Below are positions 9,422 through 18,463 of a stretch of 64,000 nucleotides of DNA, piece after piece (position 1 is the first letter of the stretch; each line of letters begins with the position of its first letter). This DNA comes from a virus. The notes beneath the pieces were generated by a model. It searched no databases. It was given only the letters and a program-made list of their open reading frames with translations, and was not told where the DNA came from. Where the stretch lies: positions 38,579 to 102,578 of IMG/VR virus record IMGVR_UViG_3300008954_000020. One strand, 5' to 3'. A program made the position numbers and the translations under genes.

Positions 9422-10078
9422 TCAATATCCTGAAAGAGTTGTTACAGAATATGTATCGTACTGAAACGAAACATTGGATGTAACGGGGTCTGATGTAGTA
9501 TCAACACTACTAAATTCTATTTCACCCAGACTTATGGGGAATGCATTTTTAAAATCGATAACAATCTGTCCGTTTGATTGATTTGTTGTCACTACAACAG
9601 ACAAATCAGAAAATCTATCGGCCGTTCGTACCATACCTGTTTTCTTACTTTCGTTTCTAACCGATAGTTGGTCGGTAGGAGTTATAGATGTCATCCAATG
9701 ATATATTTCCAACCAGTTTGCCATCTTTTCATCTACAACAAAATTTAATGTCAAGTTTTCAAATGATGCTTTGCCGCCAGGCATATGAATATCACTAAAT
9801 GGGGAATCTTGTGTGATAGAATCAATTGATATTGTGGGAAGACTTAATGATTGACAGAAAAAGGTTAAATGAGGGGCTCTCCCTAGAACAAATTTATAAG
9901 ATGTAGGAAGAAGTTGATTTGTTGTTTTTGGTTGACGAGACTGGGCATTGAGTTCGAGTCCACCTTGACCAGAAATATTATATTCAATTGCTCCAGAATA
10001 TGTTACACCTGTAGCGGTATCTGTAATAACATTTCCCTGATTTTCACCAGTTCCACCTTGGGTTACTGTTTGTACCAT
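9422..10078 (-). CDS. gp3: Tail tube terminator / tail completion protein
   Basis: FFCQSLSLP, LNFVVDEKMANWLEIYHWM, FKNAFPISL; position after gp23. Confidence 0.88.
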   Translation of the reverse strand: MVQTVTQGGTGENQGNVITDTATGVTYSGAIEYNISGQGGLELNAQSRQPKTTNQLLPTSYKFVLGRAPHLTFFCQSLSLPTISIDSITQDSPFSDIHMPGGKASFENLTLNFVVDEKMANWLEIYHWMTSITPTDQLSVRNESKKTGMVRTADRFSDLSVVVTTNQSNGQIVIDFKNAFPISLGEIEFSSVDTTSDPVTSNVSFQYDTYSVTTLSGY

Positions 10079-10101
10079 AGTGATATCTCCATGTTCATTA
10101 G

Positions 10102-10109
10102 TATGTATG
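10102..10109 (-). promoter_or_regulatory. Late promoter variant for gp3
   Basis: CATACATA upstream of GGAG RBS. Confidence 0.55.
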
Positions 10110-10117
10110 TCCCAAAT

Positions 10118-10148
10118 AAAACAGGGGTTCCCGAAGGAACCCCTGTTT
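10118..10148 (-). terminator. Rho-independent terminator after gp23
   Basis: 13-bp stem AAACAGGGGTTCC/GGAACCCCTGTTT, UUCG loop, U-rich tail. Confidence 0.9.
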
Positions 10149-10173
10149 GTTAAGGTTTAATTAACTACTGGAA

Positions 10174-11649
10174 TCAGGAATCAGTACCATGAAGGTTATT
10201 GATTTTGAATACTCTGTAGTATTGGTTGATACGAGCAGCAGCTGAAGCCTGTGGGTCGGAAGTAATCGCACCAGCGGCAGTAACCACGAATGGGTTATTT
10301 ACCAGACCGTAACGAGTCTTGAATCCGATTTTCGGCTGGAAGGTGTTCTCACCAACGGCACGAACCATTTGCAACGGAACATACGGGCAGTAGAACATAC
10401 CAGCATCGTAAGGGGAACTTCCCTTATAACCGACACAACAGAAGTTCACTGAGGTAGCATATGGGTCAACATAGACCTTCATGTTACCAAGAGTACCGAC
10501 CATAGTGTTGCCAGTGTCATCGACATTCATGCCTGGGTCGAAACTAGGCGAGAAGTCAAGAACACCACTCATCGAAAGAGCAGAAGCGACATCTGCGGAA
10601 CAGATGACGAAGTTACCCTTACCACGGCGAGTGTCTTTAGCAATCTGGTTTGCTTCACGCTCGATTTGGAAGACCAAACCACGGAAGCGTTCTGCACTCC
10701 AACGGCCGTCAGAGTCAGCATCCACATCGTAGATACCACCATTACCACCAGATGAACCACCGATACCAGTTGCGGAACCAGCAGCAACAAGCATCGAAGC
10801 AAGGTCACTGTGTTGAGCACCGAGTTTTGCACCAGCATAGATGGTACGAACGACTTCACGGTTGATTTCAGCGAGAATTTCAGTGCTAAGAATATTAGCA
10901 AGTTCAGTCTCAGCGTCAAGTCCATGAACAGCCTTGAGGTCTTGTGCGAGTTCAGTAGTGTACTCAGCTTTGAGGGCACGACTCTTCGCAGTAACGGCTG
11001 TCTTCTCGATTGAGAATGTCATTTCTTGGAATTGCGTAGTTGCAGAACCAAGAGTTTCAGCAGTAGCAGTGGTCATTCGTGTACCAACAGCATCCGCACT
11101 CATATCAGAACCATCTGCATGGAAGATTGAGTCAACAGCGGAACCGAAGATGTCTGCGTTAGAAGCAGTTACACCTGCGGAACTTGAAGTTGCGGCTTGA
11201 CCTGCATATCCGATACGAGCTTCGTTGAACATTGCTTCGTTGTCAGAAGTGCCGCCACCAGCGACTGAGTAGTTACTCTTGAGAGCAAAGATAAGACCAG
11301 TAGGGCCTGTCATTGGTTGGACACCGCAAACATCGTATGCCATAAGATTGGGCATTGCTCGGCGAACGAGCGAGATGAGAACAGGGTCAAAACCCTTACG
11401 GGTGCTATTGTCTGCTGAACTTGATACTGCAGCGAGTTGTCCACCGAGGTCACCTGATGTTACAGTTGTTTCGTGAAGGGGTTGAAGAGATTCGCCAGCT
11501 TCTTCACGAAGAGCACGCTCTTCGTTTTCAAGAAGAATGGCAGTTACATTCTTACGATAAGTATCCTTGATCGCCGGTAATTCGGGGTGTTCAAGAATCG
11601 GCTGCCACTTATTTTTGACAGCTTCTGATAATGCTTGTACATTGTCCAT
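10174..11649 (-). CDS. gp23: Major capsid protein
   Basis: FDPVLISLVRRAMPNL, GVQPMTGPTGLIFA, SRALKAEYT, FYCPYVPLQM, FQPKIGFKTRYG. Confidence 0.99.
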   Translation of the reverse strand: MDNVQALSEAVKNKWQPILEHPELPAIKDTYRKNVTAILLENEERALREEAGESLQPLHETTVTSGDLGGQLAAVSSSADNSTRKGFDPVLISLVRRAMPNLMAYDVCGVQPMTGPTGLIFALKSNYSVAGGGTSDNEAMFNEARIGYAGQAATSSSAGVTASNADIFGSAVDSIFHADGSDMSADAVGTRMTTATAETLGSATTQFQEMTFSIEKTAVTAKSRALKAEYTTELAQDLKAVHGLDAETELANILSTEILAEINREVVRTIYAGAKLGAQHSDLASMLVAAGSATGIGGSSGGNGGIYDVDADSDGRWSAERFRGLVFQIEREANQIAKDTRRGKGNFVICSADVASALSMSGVLDFSPSFDPGMNVDDTGNTMVGTLGNMKVYVDPYATSVNFCCVGYKGSSPYDAGMFYCPYVPLQMVRAVGENTFQPKIGFKTRYGLVNNPFVVTAAGAITSDPQASAAARINQYYRVFKINNLHGTDS

Positions 11650-11674
11650 TAATAGACTCCTTTTTAATCTAATC

Positions 11675-11682
11675 TATGTATA
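11675..11682 (-). promoter_or_regulatory. Late promoter for gp23
   Basis: TATACATA then AAGGAG RBS. Confidence 0.65.
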
Positions 11683-11684
11683 AA

Positions 11685-12839
11685 TTAGAGTTTCTTGATT
11701 TGATCTGAGATGGCAGTTGCATACCTGTCCATCACACTATTCCCCGAAGGTGTAGCAGATACAGCAGTATTTTCTTCTACTTCTGAATCTTCCGTAACAA
11801 CAGAAACAGCATCACTGAAGTAACTTTCACGGAGAACCGTTAACTTCTCTTTATACTGTTCCTCTGTTTCAAATTCAATACCTTCGGAGAGGGCATTGAA
11901 CTTTTCAATTTCTGTATCAACAAGTCCCTTTGAAACTTCAGCAAAGATTTCAACACATCGTGCTTCAATCAATCCTTTTCGGAGTTCCACATTCTTTTCT
12001 AGGGAATCGTTTAAATGTCCTTCTAATTCTGAAACTTTACCAACGAGTTCTTCGAGAAGATCAGTCTTCTCATCAGGAACGCTGATATAATGAGACTCAA
12101 AGAGTCCATGAAGTCCAGTAAGGAAACTTTCTGCGAGTTCACTCTTAATGCCAAGTTCGAGAGCGAGTTCATTTTCTTTCATCCACTCTTCTACGACATA
12201 ACCGAGATAATCATCGAGTTTCTTAGAGAGCTCTTCTTTGGTAGTTTCGATGGCCTCATCGAGCTTCTCTGCGTACTCTGTATGTAATTCTTCATTGATT
12301 GCGTTGACTCGTTCTGAAACGGCTGCTTCAAAGATAGTAGTTGCCTTGGTTCTAAACTCTTCAGAAAGTTCTTCACCACCGAAGATAGCATCAACATGCT
12401 CCTTCATCTTGGGAGTATCAATTTTTCCTGAAGCATCAGATGCAGACATCTTAGGTTCTTTCATTTTCTTCTTGCCTTTTGGAGGTTCGGTTGCTTTGGC
12501 GCCGGGCACTTCAGCATCGTCAACATCGATAATAGTTTCAGCCTCTTCGAGTTCGTCCTCGTTTTTGGGTTGTCCACTATGAACATCAATTTCATCAATT
12601 TTTGCTTCGTTTGCGAGGCCAGATTCTTTCTTAAGAAGTTCTTTGATTTCCTCTTCGGTCATCTTTGCCATCTTTTCAAGAGTTTCTTTAATATCAGACT
12701 CCTCGGCTTCCCGAGCGGTCATCATTTCACGCACTTTTTCCATTTCTTTAGTCATAGTTTTACTTTCCTCGACATTTTTTGTCTTAACCCGCTCAAGGAT
12801 GTCTTTTGCGGTTTGGATTGGATCGTTTGTATTGGCCAT
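11685..12839 (-). CDS. gp22: Prohead core scaffolding protein
   Basis: LSEEFRTKATTIFEAAV, DDYLGYVVEEWMKENELA, LRESYF; acidic coiled coil. Confidence 0.95.
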   Translation of the reverse strand: MANTNDPIQTAKDILERVKTKNVEESKTMTKEMEKVREMMTAREAEESDIKETLEKMAKMTEEEIKELLKKESGLANEAKIDEIDVHSGQPKNEDELEEAETIIDVDDAEVPGAKATEPPKGKKKMKEPKMSASDASGKIDTPKMKEHVDAIFGGEELSEEFRTKATTIFEAAVSERVNAINEELHTEYAEKLDEAIETTKEELSKKLDDYLGYVVEEWMKENELALELGIKSELAESFLTGLHGLFESHYISVPDEKTDLLEELVGKVSELEGHLNDSLEKNVELRKGLIEARCVEIFAEVSKGLVDTEIEKFNALSEGIEFETEEQYKEKLTVLRESYFSDAVSVVTEDSEVEENTAVSATPSGNSVMDRYATAISDQIKKL

Positions 12840-12873
12840 CGATTGAGCTCCTTTTAGTGTCCTATCTAGTACT

Positions 12874-12881
12874 TATTTATA
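12874..12881 (-). promoter_or_regulatory. Late promoter for gp22
   Basis: Canonical TATAAATA. Confidence 0.75.
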
Positions 12882-12884
12882 ATT

Positions 12885-13535
12885 TCAAATATTTCGAAGT
12901 CTATTTAAGAAATTCTCAAAAGCATTTATCTTCGCTTCTTGTAGTTCTCGGGCAGATGCCGATTCAATAGACCTTTTATATTCTTCAATTTCAACTGCTT
13001 TAATGATACCATTTTCCCAAATCCATTCTCGTCCCTCCATAACACCTTCTACAAAAGCGTCAGGAGCAGACGGGTCAGAAACGATATCTACAGCCGCAAG
13101 CATGAAATCTTTTTGGACTTCATTAATTCCATTCTTATTTTTTAGTGATCCCATTCCACGGGATGAAACACCTAAATTAGTACCTTCGTCAATTAAATTC
13201 TTGACGATTTTTCCATATGGTGTGTCCATGATTTTTGCTTTACCAAGGACATCAGTTCCTTCAACACGAAGTTCTTTAATAAGGTGAGATACTCGTTCTA
13301 AATTTACCGTTGGGCCTTCGGGATGACCAAGTTCACCCATTGCTCTATTTTTATCCACATATTCTTTAACATACCGACCAACTTCTTTCATTAATGTGTC
13401 TTTTGGATATACACGACCATTTTTGTTCTTCTTTTCGGCCTGCATAAAAACACCCTCGATGAAGTATTCTTTCTTTCCGTTAGAATCTTCACAGATGAGT
13501 TGAACATTTTCAATTGTTTCGGTTATAAGTTTCAT
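12885..13535 (-). CDS. gp21: Prohead protease
   Basis: IEGVFMQAE, NGRVYP, GELGHP, GVSSRGMGS, DIVSDPSAPDAFV. Confidence 0.97.
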   Translation of the reverse strand: MKLITETIENVQLICEDSNGKKEYFIEGVFMQAEKKNKNGRVYPKDTLMKEVGRYVKEYVDKNRAMGELGHPEGPTVNLERVSHLIKELRVEGTDVLGKAKIMDTPYGKIVKNLIDEGTNLGVSSRGMGSLKNKNGINEVQKDFMLAAVDIVSDPSAPDAFVEGVMEGREWIWENGIIKAVEIEEYKRSIESASARELQEAKINAFENFLNRLRNI

Positions 13536-13840
13536 CAGTCTTCTTCGTTATCGCCTTTCCATTCTTTATCGACATAATTGAAGAATTCTTTCTTCTTTTC
13601 TTCGTCTTCGAATTCATCAGGAGATGAAACACCAAACTTATCTAAAGCCTTTTTAAAGAACTTTTGATATTCGGTTTCTTCTTCTACTTCTTCGTCCTTC
13701 TTTTCTAAAAGACGGAAACTTTCTTTCAGGTCATTGATTCTTACATCAACTTTTTCAAGAAGACATTGGTTGATCATCTCACGGGCTTCAGAGAGTTCAT
13801 CAAGACTGACGGCATTAATGATTGCTTTTTGTTTAAACAT
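13535..13840 (-). CDS. Putative prohead core protein (gp68 position)
   Basis: Acidic ORF between gp20 and gp21; likely start ATG 13840; TATAAATA at 13868-13875. Confidence 0.6.
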   Translation of the reverse strand: MFKQKAIINAVSLDELSEAREMINQCLLEKVDVRINDLKESFRLLEKKDEEVEEETEYQKFFKKALDKFGVSSPDEFEDEEKKKEFFNYVDKEWKGDNEED

Positions 13841-13853
13841 GTGTAGTTCCCTT

Positions 13854-14327
13854 TTAGGTTTCATCCTTATTTATATTTTTCTCGTCTTCGGACGATTTTT
13901 CTTCATCTTTTTTCACGGGTTCTTTTTCCTTCAGAGTAGAAACATATTGTTTTGCTTGTTTTTCAGCAACTTTGGGGCCAGGGAATAGTTCCCACCTTTT
14001 TCCATCAACATGAACTACAATAGGTTTTGTTGGGCCTAATCCCAATTTCTTTAATGTAATTTCATGTCCTTCATGTTCAATTGTTTTAAGAAAATATTCT
14101 TTTGACATTGCGGGGTCAGCAAGGAGAGAATCATCTGCTCCACCGTCAATTTGAGGGCCTGCCTCTGCTTCTTCCTCTTGTTCGTGAACACTTTGCATAA
14201 TAGAAGATTTCTTTTCTTCTACTTTGTCAACAATTAATTCACAGATTCTCTGCTCAAAGTCTTGTTTAAACCGAGTGATATCTCCAGATTCCAGTGAATC
14301 AACCATGTTAGATGAGTGAATAGTCAT
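13854..14327 (-). CDS. Putative prohead core protein (gp67 position)
   Basis: Acidic 157-aa ORF translationally coupled to gp20. Confidence 0.6.
   Translation of the reverse strand: MTIHSSNMVDSLESGDITRFKQDFEQRICELIVDKVEEKKSSIMQSVHEQEEEAEAGPQIDGGADDSLLADPAMSKEYFLKTIEHEGHEITLKKLGLGPTKPIVVHVDGKRWELFPGPKVAEKQAKQYVSTLKEKEPVKKDEEKSSEDEKNINKDET
13868..13875 (-). promoter_or_regulatory. Late promoter
   Basis: Canonical TATAAATA inside the 3' end of the upstream ORF. Confidence 0.6.
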
Positions 14328-15856
14328 TAATACATCTCCGATGCGGCGTCGTTATACATTCCTTCTTCACGCTCACGAGCAATTTGCCTGTCCATTTCTT
14401 TAACTTCTTCGTCAGTTTGTCGGAGAAGATTTTTACGAACAAATTCCAATGAATAGTACTTACCTATGTATTCAGATGCGGTTTCTAAAATGTCAAAACG
14501 ATCTCTTAAAATTTCAGTTTCTTTGGATTCTGCAAAATAAGAGTCTTTTAAATATTTAAATTGAATGTCTTGTCGGATAGCAGTAAAATCTTCTTCCTTC
14601 ATTACACCCTTTAAAAGAAGTTGTGATCGTAAAGTTTCAATGAAGAGTAGTGAAAATCTATTTCTCAGTCTATCAATAAACTTAGAAAATTTAAGTTCAT
14701 CACGACTAATTTCAGAAGCACGGCCCATATTGAATCCGTTATCTGCTTCTAATCTTGTGGATGGAACATCTAATGCTCTATAAAGTTTCTTTTGGAAGTA
14801 TTCAACATCTTCCATTTCACCAAGGTTTTGACCACCATCAAGTGTAGAAATTTCTGTACCTTTACCACCTTCTCTTCGTGGTAACCAGAAATCTTCAAGC
14901 ATGGACATGTGATTAGCATCATCTGCAATTTCACCAGTGTTTGCATTATACACCAGTTTATTACGATAACGATTCATAATATCACGAAGATATTGTTCTG
15001 CCTTCATCTTTGGAAGTGAACCAACATCGATATAGAATATTCGTCTTTCGGGAGCACGAGCAATTCTGTAGATAACAACAGAATCTTCAATCATTCTTAA
15101 TTGATTAAGTGGTTTGATTGCTTTGTGTAGGTATCCAACAATTCTTTTATTCGGATAGTCATAAAGTCCTGAGTGGGTGTATATGATACTGTCGGGATAA
15201 ATCTTAAGATTTGTTCCAAACCCTTCATATGGATTACCTTTATCATTAAAAATGTAATATTCAGAATGTCCTGTTATAAGCGATGTTTCACCTGAGGCAC
15301 CACCTGGCCCTTTAAGAGACATTTTATCTTTTTTAATCTCTTTAACTTTTCGAATTTTAGTTGGGTCGATAGGACGAAGTTCTTGAATACCTTTTTTTGG
15401 ATGTTTTTCATCGATAATAGTGTGATAATATAGCCGACTATCAATATACCATTTTCGGAAAATCTCATCACCTCTCCGATTAAAATCTAAAAGGTGAAGA
15501 ATTTTATCAAACTCTTCTGTCATAGTCTCTTTGATATTATCAGAAAGTTCAACATCGTCTAAAACTAGTTGAACAGGTGGTTTTGATTCGGTTGTAATTA
15601 CGGCTTCGTTAACAATATCGGCAACTGCAGCATCGACTTCGTGATGTAAAATCATCGAACGATATTTGATAATCATATCAATATCGTTTTTAATCGTTCC
15701 GTCTAGGTCAACATATTGACCATAAAGACCGCCGGCTTCAATAAGAGCCGCACCATCATCTGCTTCTGGTGGAGCAAACGATTTAATAGGAGCAGTTGGG
15801 GCTTCTGGTTGTGTTTTATTTCTACTTACAGAAAAACCGAAAAAGTTAATTGCCAT
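14327..15856 (-). CDS. gp20: Portal protein
   Basis: WYIDSR, YLHKAIKPLNQLRMIED, YRIARAPERRIFYIDVG, EDFWLPRREGGKGTEI. Confidence 0.99.
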   Translation of the reverse strand: MAINFFGFSVSRNKTQPEAPTAPIKSFAPPEADDGAALIEAGGLYGQYVDLDGTIKNDIDMIIKYRSMILHHEVDAAVADIVNEAVITTESKPPVQLVLDDVELSDNIKETMTEEFDKILHLLDFNRRGDEIFRKWYIDSRLYYHTIIDEKHPKKGIQELRPIDPTKIRKVKEIKKDKMSLKGPGGASGETSLITGHSEYYIFNDKGNPYEGFGTNLKIYPDSIIYTHSGLYDYPNKRIVGYLHKAIKPLNQLRMIEDSVVIYRIARAPERRIFYIDVGSLPKMKAEQYLRDIMNRYRNKLVYNANTGEIADDANHMSMLEDFWLPRREGGKGTEISTLDGGQNLGEMEDVEYFQKKLYRALDVPSTRLEADNGFNMGRASEISRDELKFSKFIDRLRNRFSLLFIETLRSQLLLKGVMKEEDFTAIRQDIQFKYLKDSYFAESKETEILRDRFDILETASEYIGKYYSLEFVRKNLLRQTDEEVKEMDRQIAREREEGMYNDAASEMY

Positions 15857-15880
15857 AATATAATATCCTTGATTTTACAA

Positions 15881-15895
15881 GACGGGGAATCCGTC
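15881..15895 (-). terminator. Possible weak terminator/processing hairpin after gp19
   Basis: GACGG/CCGTC 5-bp stem with short U tail. Confidence 0.3.
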
Positions 15896-16433
15896 AGTTA
15901 GTCGTATCAGACTCCCAATGGGAATACTCTAATGTCACTTCAAATTGTTCAATTTCTGCTGTAGCGTCATAACTTAATTCAATTGAACCGACCGATGAAG
16001 GCCAAACATTTTCGAAAGTATAACTTTTGATTACATTTCCTTGTCCATCCAACTGGTCAACTGACGCTCTTTGGAAGAGGTCTGAGAAGACATTGTTGCC
16101 GGGAACTCGTTGAACATTACCAACATGTGTGTTGATTGCATCCGACCAGTTTTCAAATGTATTACGAATATTAAAATCCGTGTCATTATAGACAGTTAAA
16201 GTCCATGCTTCAAAAGTTCTGTTGCCGGGAATTTTTAATGTTCTTCCACGGAAAGGAATTTCTCCCACTTCAATAGTCGAACCTGGCAAAGATGCCGACC
16301 GTGCTAAGAATTGAATCTCCTCGGCAGCATCTCCCTGTTGGTTAACTACGGCAGGAAAGAATACATTACAGCGGAAGAGGTTAGCACGAGCGCCTCCACC
16401 ACGGAGTCTTCCTTTAAATTCATCAATACGCAT
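15894..16433 (-). CDS. gp19: Tail tube protein
   Basis: GGGARANLF, PFRGRTLKIPGNRTF, WTLTVYND, IEQFEVT. Confidence 0.96.
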   Translation of the reverse strand: MRIDEFKGRLRGGGARANLFRCNVFFPAVVNQQGDAAEEIQFLARSASLPGSTIEVGEIPFRGRTLKIPGNRTFEAWTLTVYNDTDFNIRNTFENWSDAINTHVGNVQRVPGNNVFSDLFQRASVDQLDGQGNVIKSYTFENVWPSSVGSIELSYDATAEIEQFEVTLEYSHWESDTTN

Positions 16434-16450
16434 AATTTCTCTCCTTTAAT

Positions 16451-18391
16451 TTAGCCTGTTAACTCTGAGAAGTCCACGCCAGTACGGGTTGCAATGAAGT
16501 TAAGTTGAATGAAGTTAATTGAACGAGCAGGTTTCACATAAATGTCTGCAACAAACTCATTTCTATCTATAACCTCTCCAGTGTTGTTTGATTCGTCACA
16601 CACAACTTTGAAGTCGGTGATACCTCTTCGTCCTTGAATATCACGGAGGAAGGGTTCAACCATATTTCGGAATTGTGCTCGAGTGAATGAATCATTAAGT
16701 TCAAAGAGTTGGAATTTAGCAGCAGTTGCGATTGCCTTCTCAAGAACAATGAACAATCTACGAACATTAATTCGGTCGAATGCACTTGGTTTTACCTGAA
16801 GTGTTTTATCACCGAAGAGTACAACACCTTGGCCGGGGAAGGAAACAACTGGGTTGACTCCTTCTTTATAAAGTGCATCACGATGTGCTTTTCTTGGATT
16901 GAATGAAAGTCGTGTGATTCTCTTGATTTGTCCTCTGTTGAATCCAGCAGGGGAGAACCAAGGGTCAGCAACTTCATCAGTCCTTACACAAAGTCCTGCA
17001 ACATCACCATTAAGGGGAACATTGCGGAAAACATCGTTGTAACGGTCGAATTGATATTTGTAACCACTATCAAGAACAGCATACGAAGAACTTCTGTTCA
17101 GTGTCGTGTTTCGATATGTGATAACATTATCTTTTTGTGTGGTAGTGTTCAGAACATCAACAACATCTGATGACTGTGGTGAAAGGAATGCAACGCAATC
17201 TTTTCTCTTGTCGCAAACTTCGTCAATTAAGAATTGACCATTTGCGGCATTACCAGGCCCACCGAGTAGAAGTGAAACATCGACTGTTTCTGCATCTTTG
17301 AATAGGTCGTAACCTTGGTCAACATCAAGAATATCATTGTTAATTGCAGCTGCGCCGTTGTCATCCACACCACCAGCAAGTGCTGAATAGTCTGCTGTGT
17401 CATTCGTTCCGAACACACTTCCACCTGTCAGAGCAGAACCCCATGCGGTGTTGGTACTACCAACATGTCCACCCCAGTAGATGTACTTAGAAGCCTTGTT
17501 AAGTTTTTCTTTGTAGTAGTTGACTCCACCTTGGTCTGTTCGTGCATTTGATGCCTTAGACATAAATGGCCACGCTTCAAGAACGGTTCCTTCTGTACCA
17601 GACCACTTACCATCTGCATCATAGACAACTACATGAAGTTCATCGAGTGAAGTTGCATTGTTGTTCTTTGTTGACCAATCGGATGTGCCGGGAGCAGAGT
17701 CTACATTATTGTAGAATCCCCACTTGCGAGTTACAGTTGCGCCAGCAGTTAGTGCTTTTGTTAGTGCAGGAGTGATAGTTGCGGTCGCTCCATGTGCAGC
17801 AGACGAAAGAGCAGTAACTTTTACGGCATCATGTTCGCCTGTTGTAGCATCAACAATTACTAGAGCATCTCCAACCGACAGCGAGCCGGTCGAACCCAAC
17901 CCAAGGTGGAGTGATGTTGCACCGACTGATGCAGCTGCACATAAACCTTGAACACCCGAAAGTGAACTTGAGAATGCAGCAGAACTGTCACAGGTTGAAA
18001 CCTTTAGACTGTTTCCTAGAACGCCGGGATATTTAGCAACCCAATTGTTCGAAGTAAAGTTACTGATACTATCGTAGTGTTCATCGTTGTTGATTAATAG
18101 TCCTGCGGCATCACCAGCATTCTTTGCTGCTGCACCACATACACGGACTACTTGTAGATTATTTCCATAGGCAAGGAAATTTGCAGCGGTGAAGAAATAT
18201 TCGTATGTGTCATCATTTGGATCACCAAAGAGATCACGGAGATTTGCTTCACTATCCACAAGTATTCGTTGTTTGGCTGGCCCCCATTGGAATGCACCAG
18301 CAATACCGCCACTTGTAGTGGCCACTGCTGGGATTATGGTGGTCAGGTCAATTTCTTTTACATTTACGCCTGGGCTGACTTGGAATCCCAT
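16451..18391 (-). CDS. gp18: Tail sheath protein
   Basis: SPGVNVKEIDLT, WFSPAGFNRG, LFGDKT, FDRINVRRLF, KPARSINFI. Confidence 0.98.
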   Translation of the reverse strand: MGFQVSPGVNVKEIDLTTIIPAVATTSGGIAGAFQWGPAKQRILVDSEANLRDLFGDPNDDTYEYFFTAANFLAYGNNLQVVRVCGAAAKNAGDAAGLLINNDEHYDSISNFTSNNWVAKYPGVLGNSLKVSTCDSSAAFSSSLSGVQGLCAAASVGATSLHLGLGSTGSLSVGDALVIVDATTGEHDAVKVTALSSAAHGATATITPALTKALTAGATVTRKWGFYNNVDSAPGTSDWSTKNNNATSLDELHVVVYDADGKWSGTEGTVLEAWPFMSKASNARTDQGGVNYYKEKLNKASKYIYWGGHVGSTNTAWGSALTGGSVFGTNDTADYSALAGGVDDNGAAAINNDILDVDQGYDLFKDAETVDVSLLLGGPGNAANGQFLIDEVCDKRKDCVAFLSPQSSDVVDVLNTTTQKDNVITYRNTTLNRSSSYAVLDSGYKYQFDRYNDVFRNVPLNGDVAGLCVRTDEVADPWFSPAGFNRGQIKRITRLSFNPRKAHRDALYKEGVNPVVSFPGQGVVLFGDKTLQVKPSAFDRINVRRLFIVLEKAIATAAKFQLFELNDSFTRAQFRNMVEPFLRDIQGRRGITDFKVVCDESNNTGEVIDRNEFVADIYVKPARSINFIQLNFIATRTGVDFSELTG

Positions 18392-18436
18392 ATTATCTCT
18401 CCTTAAAGTTAACTCGTCTGAGCGGGTGTTCAGAGA

Positions 18437-18444
18437 TATTTATA
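18437..18444 (-). promoter_or_regulatory. Late promoter for gp18
   Basis: Canonical TATAAATA then AAGGAG RBS. Confidence 0.75.
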
Positions 18445-18463
18445 ATTTGCAACAATTCGACAT

